DNA of 35,588 nt from a virus. The DNA is taken from IMG/VR virus record IMGVR_UViG_3300045933_000106, positions 1 to 35,588 of that record; one strand, written 5' to 3'. This document shows, piece after piece, positions 8,717-17,578 of this stretch (position 1 is the first letter of the stretch; every line of letters starts with the position of its first letter). Position numbers and translations under genes: made by a program. A model generated the notes under the pieces. It saw only the letters and a list, made by a program, of their open reading frames with translations. It had not been told where the DNA came from and made no database searches.

Positions 8717-9543
8717 TAGAAAACGCTCCCGCCGCCGAAGGGGTTTTTGCGCGGAATGTTCGGGAAGCCACCGTAGTTGGCCGAGTTGGCGAACTTGCTA
8801 TCGCACGTCTCGAGGTCGTGCGCGCAGCCGGCGGCGACGATCACGTCCTCGCCGGCGACCAGGTCAGGAATCCCATGCGTCAGCTCGATCTCATTGCCCT
8901 CGTGCCGGCGGATGCCGCGGTACTCGAGCCGGCCGCCTTCGGCCTGCCATTCGAAGTCGCCACCCGCGTAGTAGCCGTCCGGCTGCAGGGCGAAGGTCGC
9001 CGACTGAATCACGGCGTCGTCAACGGATGAGAGATTCGCAGTCGCAGAGAAGCTGAGCTTCACGGCGTTGCATTTGCGCAGGCCCGAGGAATAGAGGACG
9101 TGTGGACAGGCGCGCCCGTAGGATCGCGTGAGACCGAGGCGCCGGAAGCCGGTGAGCGTCGGCTCGCAGTGGAGCTTGCCGCGCAGCGAGCCCTCGGAGG
9201 CTGAATCGACGACGCGACCGCTCCACAGCATGGCCCGTTCGGTATCGCCCGAGAAAATGCGGTAGATGACCAGCCGCACGACGTCTGACTGAGGCACCGG
9301 CCGGAACAGATTCATGATCGCGAAATCGCGGGCGCACTCGATGTCGACCGGCGAGCGGGCCAGATCCCCGGAGTCCTCGATCTCCGTGCGCTTCAAGCTC
9401 GCCGCGGCGAACAGTTCGGTTCCGGCATAGAGAAAGTCCGAGTAGTGCGACGTGAACTGGTAGACCGTCACGCCAGATGTGAACTCATAGAGCTCGATCG
9501 GTTGCGCGTCCTGTTCGCTGCGCTCGTAGCTGTCAACGCTCAT
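8716..9543 (-). CDS. Tail hub protein, DUF2163 / phage BR0599-like
   Basis: C-terminal GCAHDLETCDSKFANSANYGGFPNIP matches the conserved BR0599 C-terminal signature (C....C...F.N..NFGGFP.iP). Position is directly before the host-specificity gene, as in GTA-type tail modules. Confidence 0.7.
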   Translation of the reverse strand: MSVDSYERSEQDAQPIELYEFTSGVTVYQFTSHYSDFLYAGTELFAAASLKRTEIEDSGDLARSPVDIECARDFAIMNLFRPVPQSDVVRLVIYRIFSGDTERAMLWSGRVVDSASEGSLRGKLHCEPTLTGFRRLGLTRSYGRACPHVLYSSGLRKCNAVKLSFSATANLSSVDDAVIQSATFALQPDGYYAGGDFEWQAEGGRLEYRGIRRHEGNEIELTHGIPDLVAGEDVIVAAGCAHDLETCDSKFANSANYGGFPNIPRKNPFGGGSVF

Positions 9544-11218
9544 TGCGGGGTCCGGTGAGGGTTAGCGTCGTTTCCGCCAGGCCTGCAGTGGGCCATTCGA
9601 TGTCGACCTCATCGGCGTCGAGCCTGGCGAACATCATCCACGAGATGAGCGCGACCTCCTCCGGATCGACCGTCGTCCCGAGTGCGGAGCTGATGGTCAT
9701 GCGCTCCGTCGATTCGTCCACGACGACGAACACGCTCACGCGCCGGTAATAAACCGTCCCGTCGATGAGCTCGATGCGGATGTCCTTGCGGTGGACGTCG
9801 GCCCCGACGAATTGCGTCAGGCCGCAGGCCTCGACGTCGATGTTCACTTCCGCTGGCCCGATCTGAGCCACGAGCCGCAGATCGGAGGAAAACGTCGGCA
9901 CCCAGATGCCCTTGAAGCGGCCGCGGCGGGAATAGAGGAAATTGCGTTGCTCGCCGACTTCGGCGCGGCCGAAGGCCGACCAGAGGAATGAGTGCACCGG
10001 CTCGGACAGATTGGAGCGGTCCTGCAGCAACACGGTCCCGGTCAGGTTGTCGAGGATCTCGACCTGGCGGCGGAAGTCCGCGCCCGGATGCTCGCGCCAG
10101 TTTGGCAACTGCTCGAGGATCGGCTGCCCGCGGTAGAGCGGTTCAGCGTCGGTGTCACGTTCGATCTGCTCGATGGTCTCGAAGCTGGCTGCCCCGGTCG
10201 CGTGACCCGTGGTGAACCGGGTCAGTCCCTGCGCGCTTTGCAATCGTGCCTGGCGCGCTGGGTAAACCGTCGTCCCGTAGCCCCAGTCGAAGAGCAGCGG
10301 TCGCGCGATGTCAATCGTGGTGGCGTTGACGGCCTCGATCTCAAAGGACTCGTAGGTCAGGCCGTCCTGAGATAGCAGGATGCCGATGCCGCCGACGTGA
10401 TAGTCACGGGTTGCCGTCGTGACGGGGATAGAGATCGCGCCGGCTAACAGCGGTGCCGTCAGCGGCTCGCCGTCGACGAATATCGGCAATGCCCAGATGC
10501 GGGCGCCCCAGGAATAGAGCTCGTGTTCGACCTGGCGGCGCAGCCGACCGTCGACGTCGAAGGTGAAGCGCCATGTCTGCCTAGGACCGGCGCGCAGTGC
10601 AATGCGCTGCTCCTCACCGGACTCCACGCGCTGTACGTCCGTCAGCCACGACAGGGACTCGAGTACCGGGTCGATCCAGTTCGGCGCCGCGCGCCACACG
10701 ACGATCCGGACGCCGGTAATATCGACCGTGATGTCGCGGACGTCGGTGTCGAAGGTGAGGTCCGCATCGATCGTCGGCGGACCTTCCGTCGAGATCGAGA
10801 GCTCGTATATCAGTTCCTCCCACGGCCGCAGCGTGTACGGCGTGGCAACAGGCTCGGTGAGCGACAGGCCCTCGCCATTGGCGAGCGTGACGTCGTTCAA
10901 CAGCCGATCGACGAAATAGGTCGAGAAGATCGACACCTCCCGCACCTGGGTCGATACGAGATTGCCGAGCGCGATCGTCATCGGCGTGACGTGGATCTTG
11001 TTGTACCAGTGCAGCCAGCCGTAGGCATCGGCGATGACGCCGGTCTGAGGATTTTGCGGCTCGGGGACGGGCTGCGTATCGTTGTGCACGCCATCGTCGG
11101 CAGCATCGACCAGCCACAATTGCGGGTCACCGATCGTGTCGCGGGAGCCCAGGTCCGGATTCGTCGGCTCGCTGGTGCTGATGGAACCATCGGCCTCATA
11201 ACCGGCAAAGGTCGCCAT
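9533..11218 (-). CDS. Tail tip / distal tail protein-like (561 aa)
   Basis: Position in the tail module. Middle segment ESGEEQRIALRAGPRQTWRFTF resembles the DUF2460 (GTA g12-like) motif. Confidence 0.45.
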   Translation of the reverse strand: MATFAGYEADGSISTSEPTNPDLGSRDTIGDPQLWLVDAADDGVHNDTQPVPEPQNPQTGVIADAYGWLHWYNKIHVTPMTIALGNLVSTQVREVSIFSTYFVDRLLNDVTLANGEGLSLTEPVATPYTLRPWEELIYELSISTEGPPTIDADLTFDTDVRDITVDITGVRIVVWRAAPNWIDPVLESLSWLTDVQRVESGEEQRIALRAGPRQTWRFTFDVDGRLRRQVEHELYSWGARIWALPIFVDGEPLTAPLLAGAISIPVTTATRDYHVGGIGILLSQDGLTYESFEIEAVNATTIDIARPLLFDWGYGTTVYPARQARLQSAQGLTRFTTGHATGAASFETIEQIERDTDAEPLYRGQPILEQLPNWREHPGADFRRQVEILDNLTGTVLLQDRSNLSEPVHSFLWSAFGRAEVGEQRNFLYSRRGRFKGIWVPTFSSDLRLVAQIGPAEVNIDVEACGLTQFVGADVHRKDIRIELIDGTVYYRRVSVFVVVDESTERMTISSALGTTVDPEEVALISWMMFARLDADEVDIEWPTAGLAETTLTLTGPRNER

Positions 11219-11221
11219 GAA

Positions 11222-12124
11222 TCAGGTCCGCAGGTAGGCGTAACCGTAATGGCTGCTCGAGGGTGTGCTCGAGGGATTCGCTCCGCTCGTGTCGGTGCGC
11301 GCGACCACCGGCCACAACTGCCAGTCGTCCCCACCGATGGAGAGCATTTCCCCAGGCGTGAAGTTACGCAGCGACAGATAGCGCATCGCGGGCACCCGGC
11401 CGACCGGCGAGCGCAGGCTGTCGGAGCGATTGACGAACAACTCGAGCGGCCAGAGCGGCGTGCGAAGGTTCCACCGCTGGTAGCCGACCGATGTCTGCCC
11501 GCGCCATTTGCCGTTGAATCGCGATACGCCAGTACCAAGTACCGTCGCTATGTGACTGTCCGCGCTATACACATGTGCCCAGTTCGGCGACACACCGTCG
11601 ACATCGCAACGGAAATGCCCTCGGTCGCTGCGATTCGTCCCCGTATCGCAGATATAGCGATGATTACTGCTGGCAGTGTTGTTGGTATCGTCGGACGTCG
11701 TGTCGTGGTAGACGGAGTCGGTATAGGCCCCACCCGTATAGCTGCCATACTTGATGAGGTCGGAGATGATGAAATGCCGGTAAACACCGGCTGACACTTC
11801 GACCACCGCGGCCAGCAATGGCTTGCTTTCTTCCATCTCGGCATAGAAGTGATAGGCGGTGTACGGCCCGGCGCCGATGTTGCAGACGTGCGAGACGGAC
11901 GCGGCATCCGTCTGCGCATTCCAGGCCGCGCCTGCGTTGTACGTGACGGCCGCACGACCATCGAGGGAGTCCGCATCGCCATTGACGCCCACGAGCACGG
12001 CTCCATTGATGAACACGCGACCGCTCGCCGGCGTGTTGACCGTCCAGCCGTTTGCGGCAGCGAAGGTAGCGAGGTCGCCGAGCAGATCCGAAGGGTCGCT
12101 CGCGGTCCCGGTTTGGTACGTCAT
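11222..12124 (-). CDS. Tail-associated structural protein (300 aa), paralog of 12131-13030
   Basis: Location after the tape measure. Shares GTASD..DL...L.TF at the N-terminus and IGG..(Y/W)Q(V/L)(F/W) near the C-terminus with its neighbour. Confidence 0.5.
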   Translation of the reverse strand: MTYQTGTASDPSDLLGDLATFAAANGWTVNTPASGRVFINGAVLVGVNGDADSLDGRAAVTYNAGAAWNAQTDAASVSHVCNIGAGPYTAYHFYAEMEESKPLLAAVVEVSAGVYRHFIISDLIKYGSYTGGAYTDSVYHDTTSDDTNNTASSNHRYICDTGTNRSDRGHFRCDVDGVSPNWAHVYSADSHIATVLGTGVSRFNGKWRGQTSVGYQRWNLRTPLWPLELFVNRSDSLRSPVGRVPAMRYLSLRNFTPGEMLSIGGDDWQLWPVVARTDTSGANPSSTPSSSHYGYAYLRT

Positions 12125-12130
12125 GCTCGC

Positions 12131-13030
12131 CTATTCCTCGAGGACCATCGCGTAGTTGTAGCGTGACGTGCGAAAGCAGTCCTGGAAGACCTGATAGGTC
12201 GCGCTCCCGATCGTGATTTCATCCTCGCTCGCGGTAGAGAAACCGCTCAAGGCGAACGCACCATCGAGCTCGCCGTAAGTGTCGTCGTTGGGTGATGACC
12301 CAGTGAGAATCAGCGGGAACCGCGTATAGGATCCATCGACGTTGTCGCGCAGCTCGCGAAACCGATCGCGCGGCTCGTCGGTGCCGTTCTGGTCCTGGTA
12401 GGGGTGGATATTGAGCGACGTCGAATCGCTCAGCGTGCCGCTGTTGTCGAAAAAGTTCGCGACTGCCTGCCACGATCCGGACGGCAACAGGATCTGGGCC
12501 CCAACGCCAGGATCCCAGAAGTTGCGGAAGTTGTGCGTCGTGGCGGAAAAGCGCACCGCCGCGCTGTATGGCATCCCGAGGTAGTACGGCTGACCGTACT
12601 CGCCTGGCGTCCCGTACTGCAGGAACTTTCCGAGGTAGCTCGCGGTGTACACCGTCGAGATCTTCGTGACGACGATGACCCGTTGCCCGTTGGCGTAGAA
12701 CCAGAATGGGATCGAGGTGTCCCACGTCGGGTGGAACCGGGTAGAGGAGGTCCCCGGCTGCGCCGTGTGCGCGAGACCGGCGTCGTAGGCGCGGAACATC
12801 CAGCCGTAGAAGCCGAACGTGTCGACATCCTCGTCCGCATAGAGGCTCAGCCCGACGTGGATCTCGTCGATGCCGCCGAGTCCCGGTGCCTCGAACAACA
12901 CCGAGCGAGCCCCGGTGTCGTAGTCGAGCTCGGTCCAGTTGACGCCGGTCCCGAGTCCCGTCGTCAGGAACGTGCGCAGCGTCTCGAACAGGTCGTCGTG
13001 ATCGCTCGCCGTGCCGAATAGGACCGCCAT
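12131..13030 (-). CDS. Tail-associated structural protein (299 aa), paralog of 11222-12124
   Basis: Immediately downstream of the tape measure stop. Shares terminal motifs with its neighbour. Confidence 0.5.
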   Translation of the reverse strand: MAVLFGTASDHDDLFETLRTFLTTGLGTGVNWTELDYDTGARSVLFEAPGLGGIDEIHVGLSLYADEDVDTFGFYGWMFRAYDAGLAHTAQPGTSSTRFHPTWDTSIPFWFYANGQRVIVVTKISTVYTASYLGKFLQYGTPGEYGQPYYLGMPYSAAVRFSATTHNFRNFWDPGVGAQILLPSGSWQAVANFFDNSGTLSDSTSLNIHPYQDQNGTDEPRDRFRELRDNVDGSYTRFPLILTGSSPNDDTYGELDGAFALSGFSTASEDEITIGSATYQVFQDCFRTSRYNYAMVLEE

Positions 13031-15376
13031 CTAGCCCCCCACGATGGATTTCAGCGCACGCGAGTTGCGCTGCAGCTTGCGGACCAGGAACCGGTCGAAG
13101 TCCTCGGTCTCGAGGTGCTTCATCACCAGCCCAGGCTCGAGCCCGACGACGCCGGCGAAGCCCGCCTGCTTGGCGGCCGGCGTACTGGCGCCGATGCCGG
13201 CAGCACTCGCCGCCTCGATGACGCCGCCAGAGGCATAGCGGGGCGGCCGGCGCAGCTCGGCGCGCGAGGCGATGATCCCGGCGTTCAAGTCGTGCAACAG
13301 GGCGAGCATCCCCGGCCGGTTGACGACCGCTGCCCGCACGACGTACTCCCCGCTGCTCACGAGCAGCGGCTTTCCCGTCGTCGTGATCGCCGCAATGCTG
13401 TCGCTCGTGCCAGTGCCTGGCCCGCGCAGGACGCCACCTGGGGTCGCATCAATGGCGCCGCCGCCGGCGTAGCCGATCAGGCCGCCGCGCTTCATGGGGC
13501 CGATACCACGACTGGCGAGCGCCGCCCCGGAACCACCACCACCCCCGCCGAAGGCACCCATCGCCGATTTGAGGAGCTGCGTCATGATGTAGGTCGCGAG
13601 CATTTCCGACGCCATCCGCTGCAGCGAGCCTGCAACCGTCGAGGCGAGCGAGCGAAAGACATCGCCGACCGACTCGAACTCCTGCAGGTTCGAGAGGACA
13701 TCGGTCAGGCCGCCGTGCAGCGCCTCCTCGGCGCCTTCGCGGAGCGTCGCGAAGCTGTCTGAGGCGTGCAGAACGGACACCTCGACCTGCCGTATCTGGT
13801 CGTTCAACGCCTCGGCCGCCGCAATGGCCTCAGGATCGCCGCTCGCCTCCGCCGCGGCCGTCGCCTGCGCCGCGAGGTCGCGCAGCACCTGGAGCCTCTC
13901 CTGTTCAATGGCGAGGAGCTGTTGCTGGCCCTGGTACTGCGAGAGGATGCCGAGCTCGACGTCCTGCTCGATCCGCGTGCGCACCCGGGCGAGATCCTCG
14001 AGCGACCTGCCCGCCTGCGTGGAGAGCTCTTCGAACTTGATCCGGGAGGCTTCGATCGACCGCACGCGGGCGATTGCCGCCTCGTCCTGCTCGGTCACGC
14101 CGCCCGTCGCAAGCGCGAGGATCTCGCGCTGCTTGGCCAACTCGGCATCGAGCGCCCGCAGCTTCGCCTCGCTGCCCTGGCCGCTCGCCTTGAGGATCTG
14201 CTGCTCGATCTCGAAGCGCTCCTCGGCCGCCGACTTGTCGAGCCGTTGCTGCTCCTCGGCCGCGCGCTTCGCTGCTTCGGCTGCCTGCTTGGCCTCGGCT
14301 GCGCGACGCTCGGCGGCCGCGGCGGCTTTCTTGGCACCCTCCTCCGCCGTGCGTTCGGCCTCGAGCTTGGCCTTCGCCGCCTCGATCTGCGCCTGGACGG
14401 CGGCGGATTCCTTCGCGGCGGCCTCCTCGGCCACTTTGGCAGATACTTTCTGCTGATCGAGGTAGATCTGCCGCTGCTTGATGACCTCGGCGAGGTCGGA
14501 CTTGATCTTGTCGAACCGCTCGCCACCCTCGGCACCGCCCATCAGTACCGATGAGAGACCCTGCAGGGCGGTGAGCTGCCCCTTCAGCTCCCGGATCTTG
14601 GCATTGAACTCGTCGAGCTTCTTGTCTCCGGTGCCAAGAATGGCGAGCGAGAGTTCGCCGAGCCACGACTGGATCTTGCCCTGCAGCGTCGCCTTGAGGC
14701 GCTTCGCCGCCTCGTCGAGACGCTCGACTCCCACGACCGTCGACTTCTGCAGCGTGATGCCAAGCCTGTCGGCCTCGACCTCCATCGCCGCGATGCCTTT
14801 CGATCCCGCGATCAACATTGGGATCATGTCGGTGCCGGCCTTCCCGAACAGCTCGAACGCAATCCGCGTCTGGTCGGCCGGATCCTCGATCGCCTTGAAC
14901 CGGTCGGCGATGATGCCGAGCTGCTTGTCGAAGTTGAGGCCCTGCAAGTCCTTGGCGGCCAGCCCGAGTCCCGCGAGCGCGTCCTGCGCCTTCTTGCCGT
15001 CCTCGCCGGCCGAGCTCAGGTTGATCTGGAACTTCTTGATGCTCGCCGCGAGCGGCTGCAGCTCGACGTCGAACTGCTTCGCGGCGTAGGCGAGCCGGGA
15101 GAATTCTGTCGCCGAGATGCCCGCCACCTTGGACGCATCCACGATCGCATCGGCGGCGACAAAGGCCGACTTCGCGATGCTCGTCATGCCGGTGACGACG
15201 GTCGCGACGCCGATCGTGGGCAGCAGTGACTTGAAATCCTTGAACGCGCCTCCCAGGACGCCGACGCCCTTCGCGGTCTTCTTCGCCTCGCGCTCGACCT
15301 GGCGCATCGCGTCGACGACGTCGCGAACGCCATCGGCCGAGAGCCGGACGCGGACCTGTGCGGCAGTGCTGCTCAT
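13031..15376 (-). CDS. Tail tape measure protein (781 aa)
   Basis: Long Ala/Glu/Lys/Gln coiled-coil centre. C-terminal GPGTGTSDSIAA...SSGEYVVRA motif typical of tape measures. Follows the G/GT chaperone genes. Confidence 0.9.
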   Translation of the reverse strand: MSSTAAQVRVRLSADGVRDVVDAMRQVEREAKKTAKGVGVLGGAFKDFKSLLPTIGVATVVTGMTSIAKSAFVAADAIVDASKVAGISATEFSRLAYAAKQFDVELQPLAASIKKFQINLSSAGEDGKKAQDALAGLGLAAKDLQGLNFDKQLGIIADRFKAIEDPADQTRIAFELFGKAGTDMIPMLIAGSKGIAAMEVEADRLGITLQKSTVVGVERLDEAAKRLKATLQGKIQSWLGELSLAILGTGDKKLDEFNAKIRELKGQLTALQGLSSVLMGGAEGGERFDKIKSDLAEVIKQRQIYLDQQKVSAKVAEEAAAKESAAVQAQIEAAKAKLEAERTAEEGAKKAAAAAERRAAEAKQAAEAAKRAAEEQQRLDKSAAEERFEIEQQILKASGQGSEAKLRALDAELAKQREILALATGGVTEQDEAAIARVRSIEASRIKFEELSTQAGRSLEDLARVRTRIEQDVELGILSQYQGQQQLLAIEQERLQVLRDLAAQATAAAEASGDPEAIAAAEALNDQIRQVEVSVLHASDSFATLREGAEEALHGGLTDVLSNLQEFESVGDVFRSLASTVAGSLQRMASEMLATYIMTQLLKSAMGAFGGGGGGSGAALASRGIGPMKRGGLIGYAGGGAIDATPGGVLRGPGTGTSDSIAAITTTGKPLLVSSGEYVVRAAVVNRPGMLALLHDLNAGIIASRAELRRPPRYASGGVIEAASAAGIGASTPAAKQAGFAGVVGLEPGLVMKHLETEDFDRFLVRKLQRNSRALKSIVGG

Positions 15377-16046
15377 TTCAGGATGCGCGGAACCTTGGGA
15401 GGCTTCAAGTTCTTACCCGAGTGCGGCGCGAGGATTGCCCACATCGTCTGCGCGTGCCGGTAGCTCGCAAGCGCCGAGTCCTTCCAGCATTCGATGAACG
15501 CGAGCAGGAGCTCGCGCACCGGCCAGCGTTCGATCGCCTGCATGCGGTCGAAGTCGCTCCGTGCGACCTCGCGCGCGAGCGCATAGAGCTCGCCATCTAG
15601 GACGCCGCGCTCCGCCCGCTCGGGTCGGCTGCCGCCATGGCGCCGTTCGTAGACTTGAGGGAAGTCTCGAGCGAGTGAAGCGCACGCCGAAAAAAACCGA
15701 GCAGGCACTCCATGACGAGGACGTCGACGAGCTGCCGGTCCTCCTCGGTATTGAGCCCTTCCAGGAATGTCTCGGTCTCGGCGGCGAGTTCCGTCGACCA
15801 GTCCGCCTCGGTCTTGCCCTCCGGCAGCACGAACGCGGCCAGGAGCTTGCACGCCTGACCGCTGTCGATCACCGCCGCGTGCAACTCGATGACGTAGGCG
15901 GCAGGCTCCTGCCCATCGACCGGCAGCCGGCGATCGAGTCCGCTCGCGCGGATGACCGCCGAGAGCCGGTGGTGATGGCGAACCGTGCGCCGCTCGAGGT
16001 CGGCAGCGATGTACCGCCGACCGCCGAGGACGTAGACCTCGGGCAC
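15373..16046 (-). CDS. Tail assembly chaperone frameshift product (gpGT analogue, about 224 aa) made by a -1 shift at 15690-15696
   Basis: Zero frame reads GGT TTT TTT CGG. The -1 frame continues TCG GCG TGC... (SACASLARDF...) down to TGA at 15373-15375, which overlaps the tape measure ATG. Confidence 0.75.
15597..16046 (-). CDS. Tail assembly chaperone (gpG analogue, 149 aa)
   Basis: Sits between the major tail and tape measure genes. Contains the slippery run and overlaps the -1 frame ORF. Confidence 0.8.
   Translation of the reverse strand: MPEVYVLGGRRYIAADLERRTVRHHHRLSAVIRASGLDRRLPVDGQEPAAYVIELHAAVIDSGQACKLLAAFVLPEGKTEADWSTELAAETETFLEGLNTEEDRQLVDVLVMECLLGFFRRALHSLETSLKSTNGAMAAADPSGRSAAS
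15690..15696 (-). promoter_or_regulatory. Programmed -1 ribosomal frameshift slippery heptamer T TTT TTT
   Basis: A7 on the plus strand, so T7 on the coding strand, positioned as X XXY YYZ in the gpG-like frame. Confidence 0.75.
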
Positions 16047-16049
16047 CGG

Positions 16050-16829
16050 TTACACGCGCTCGAGCGTGAAGAACGGCTCGGTCGGATGGTTGTTGGAGTC
16101 CGACAGGACCGCGAAGCGCAGCGAGAACGACGAGTAGTCATCCGAGATGAACTGCATGTCGCCGTCGGAGGCCACGCTCACCTTCCAGACCGTGAGCTTG
16201 TCCTGCGCCGCGTTGCCCTCGGTGTTGGCGTCGTCGGCCTGGTAGGTCAGCTTGTAGACCGGCGAGGCCACGACGCCGCCGCGGACCTTCTGCACCGTCG
16301 CCGCCGGCTGATCCCAGGTGATCGAGAGATCGTCCCCCGTCGCGATGGTGCCGCCCGACAGAATCGTGATCTGCCCGCTCGCGGCGTTGAGCAGGTAATC
16401 GGTGTCGAGTGCCTTGGCGACCGAGCCCTCGCTCACGACGACGTTCGTCACGTTGAGCGCGCCGAGCGAGTAGGTATCGCCGGCCGTGACGTCCGTCAGT
16501 GTCGCCGTGCCCGCACTCGAGACGGCCTGCGACACCGTCGTCGTGTCGCCGGACATGAAGAGCTTGAGATTGTGCATCGTGTGCTCGTCGCACGCGGCCA
16601 CGAGCTCGAACGCCTGCCGGATCACGCGCCGGTCGAGCAGCGGGCTCGATGCTTCCGTGCTCGAGTATTTCTCGCGCGTCTCGTTGCTGCTGTTGAGCGC
16701 GAGCGAAGTGACGTTGCCCAGGAACGTGCCCATATGGGCGGTGTTCGGTGGCGTCGACCCGCTCCACGGTGCGAGAAACACGGCACCCCGGCCGAGCTTC
16801 AGGTTTTCGGCGTTTGCGTGATAGGACAT
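16050..16829 (-). CDS. Major tail (tube) protein
   Basis: 259 aa, directly upstream of the chaperone pair. Strong AGGAG SD 7 nt before the ATG. Ser/Thr/Val-rich beta-type composition. Confidence 0.7.
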   Translation of the reverse strand: MSYHANAENLKLGRGAVFLAPWSGSTPPNTAHMGTFLGNVTSLALNSSNETREKYSSTEASSPLLDRRVIRQAFELVAACDEHTMHNLKLFMSGDTTTVSQAVSSAGTATLTDVTAGDTYSLGALNVTNVVVSEGSVAKALDTDYLLNAASGQITILSGGTIATGDDLSITWDQPAATVQKVRGGVVASPVYKLTYQADDANTEGNAAQDKLTVWKVSVASDGDMQFISDDYSSFSLRFAVLSDSNNHPTEPFFTLERV

Positions 16830-16847
16830 TGCTTGACTCCTCAGAGG

Positions 16848-17288
16848 TTACTGCGCGCGCTCCGGGTCGTCCCGTCGCGACTGGTAATGCACGATGGCCT
16901 GCACCGCCGCGGCCCCGTGCATCTGGGCGCGCTGCGCAAACTCGTAGTCGACGGACTGGATCAGGCAGTCGTGGACGTCGATCGACACGCCCTGGTAGCG
17001 CGCGAGCACCTGCTCCACCCGCGCAACGTAGGGATCGAGCAGCACGTCTGGATCGTCGCCCGAGATCCGCACCTCGACGGTGATCGCGAGCTCGCGCAGG
17101 ACGAGCGGGCCGGGCCGATTGGTCGCCGGTTGAACGACATCGCGCACCGGAAAGACCGAAATCGCTGGCAGCTCCTCGTTTTCGAGCTGGTGCAGCCGCA
17201 GCCGCGAGGCCACCGGAAACCCGCTCGGCGCGTCGGTGTTCAACGCCGTCACGATCTCCGTGACGATCTGGGTGCGCAGCGTGGTCAT
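16848..17288 (-). CDS. Tail terminator / tail completion protein (DUF3168-like)
   Basis: 146 aa immediately upstream of the major tail gene. N-terminal pattern M..L...I...L......VF. Confidence 0.5.
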   Translation of the reverse strand: MTTLRTQIVTEIVTALNTDAPSGFPVASRLRLHQLENEELPAISVFPVRDVVQPATNRPGPLVLRELAITVEVRISGDDPDVLLDPYVARVEQVLARYQGVSIDVHDCLIQSVDYEFAQRAQMHGAAAVQAIVHYQSRRDDPERAQ

Positions 17289-17578
17289 TCGGAGCAGAGC
17301 AGGCGGGTCAGTTTCCCGTCGCCCTCCTTGAGCCGCTGGCGCACGGTGAGCGTGCGGCTGTCGAGCACGAACGAATCGCCCACGAATAGCACCGGATAAT
17401 CGGTGCGCGTGACGACGGAGATGTACTCGCCCACGTCCGCCGCCTCGAACCGTCCGGTGTTCACGAGCTCGTCGATCTCATCGAGCAGGCCAGCTTTCTC
17501 GTACACGACCGAGCCGACGAGGATGTCGACGCCGAAGTCGCTGAAGAACACCGGCAGATCGTCGTCAACGAAGGACAT
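17285..17578 (-). CDS. Head-tail connector / head closure protein (97 aa)
   Basis: Size and position between the capsid and tail genes. Overlapping start and stop with both neighbours. Confidence 0.45.
   Translation of the reverse strand: MSFVDDDLPVFFSDFGVDILVGSVVYEKAGLLDEIDELVNTGRFEAADVGEYISVVTRTDYPVLFVGDSFVLDSRTLTVRQRLKEGDGKLTRLLCSE

Noticed and set aside
15561-17399. A 612-aa plus-strand ORF. Similar long plus-strand ORFs lie at 18307-19974, 20257-22128, 10523-11794 and 22449-23492.
   Set aside because: They lie antisense to clearly recognisable structural genes (tail, capsid, portal, terminase). Their products are Arg/Ala/Gly/Pro/His-rich low-complexity strings, typical shadow ORFs of high-GC DNA.
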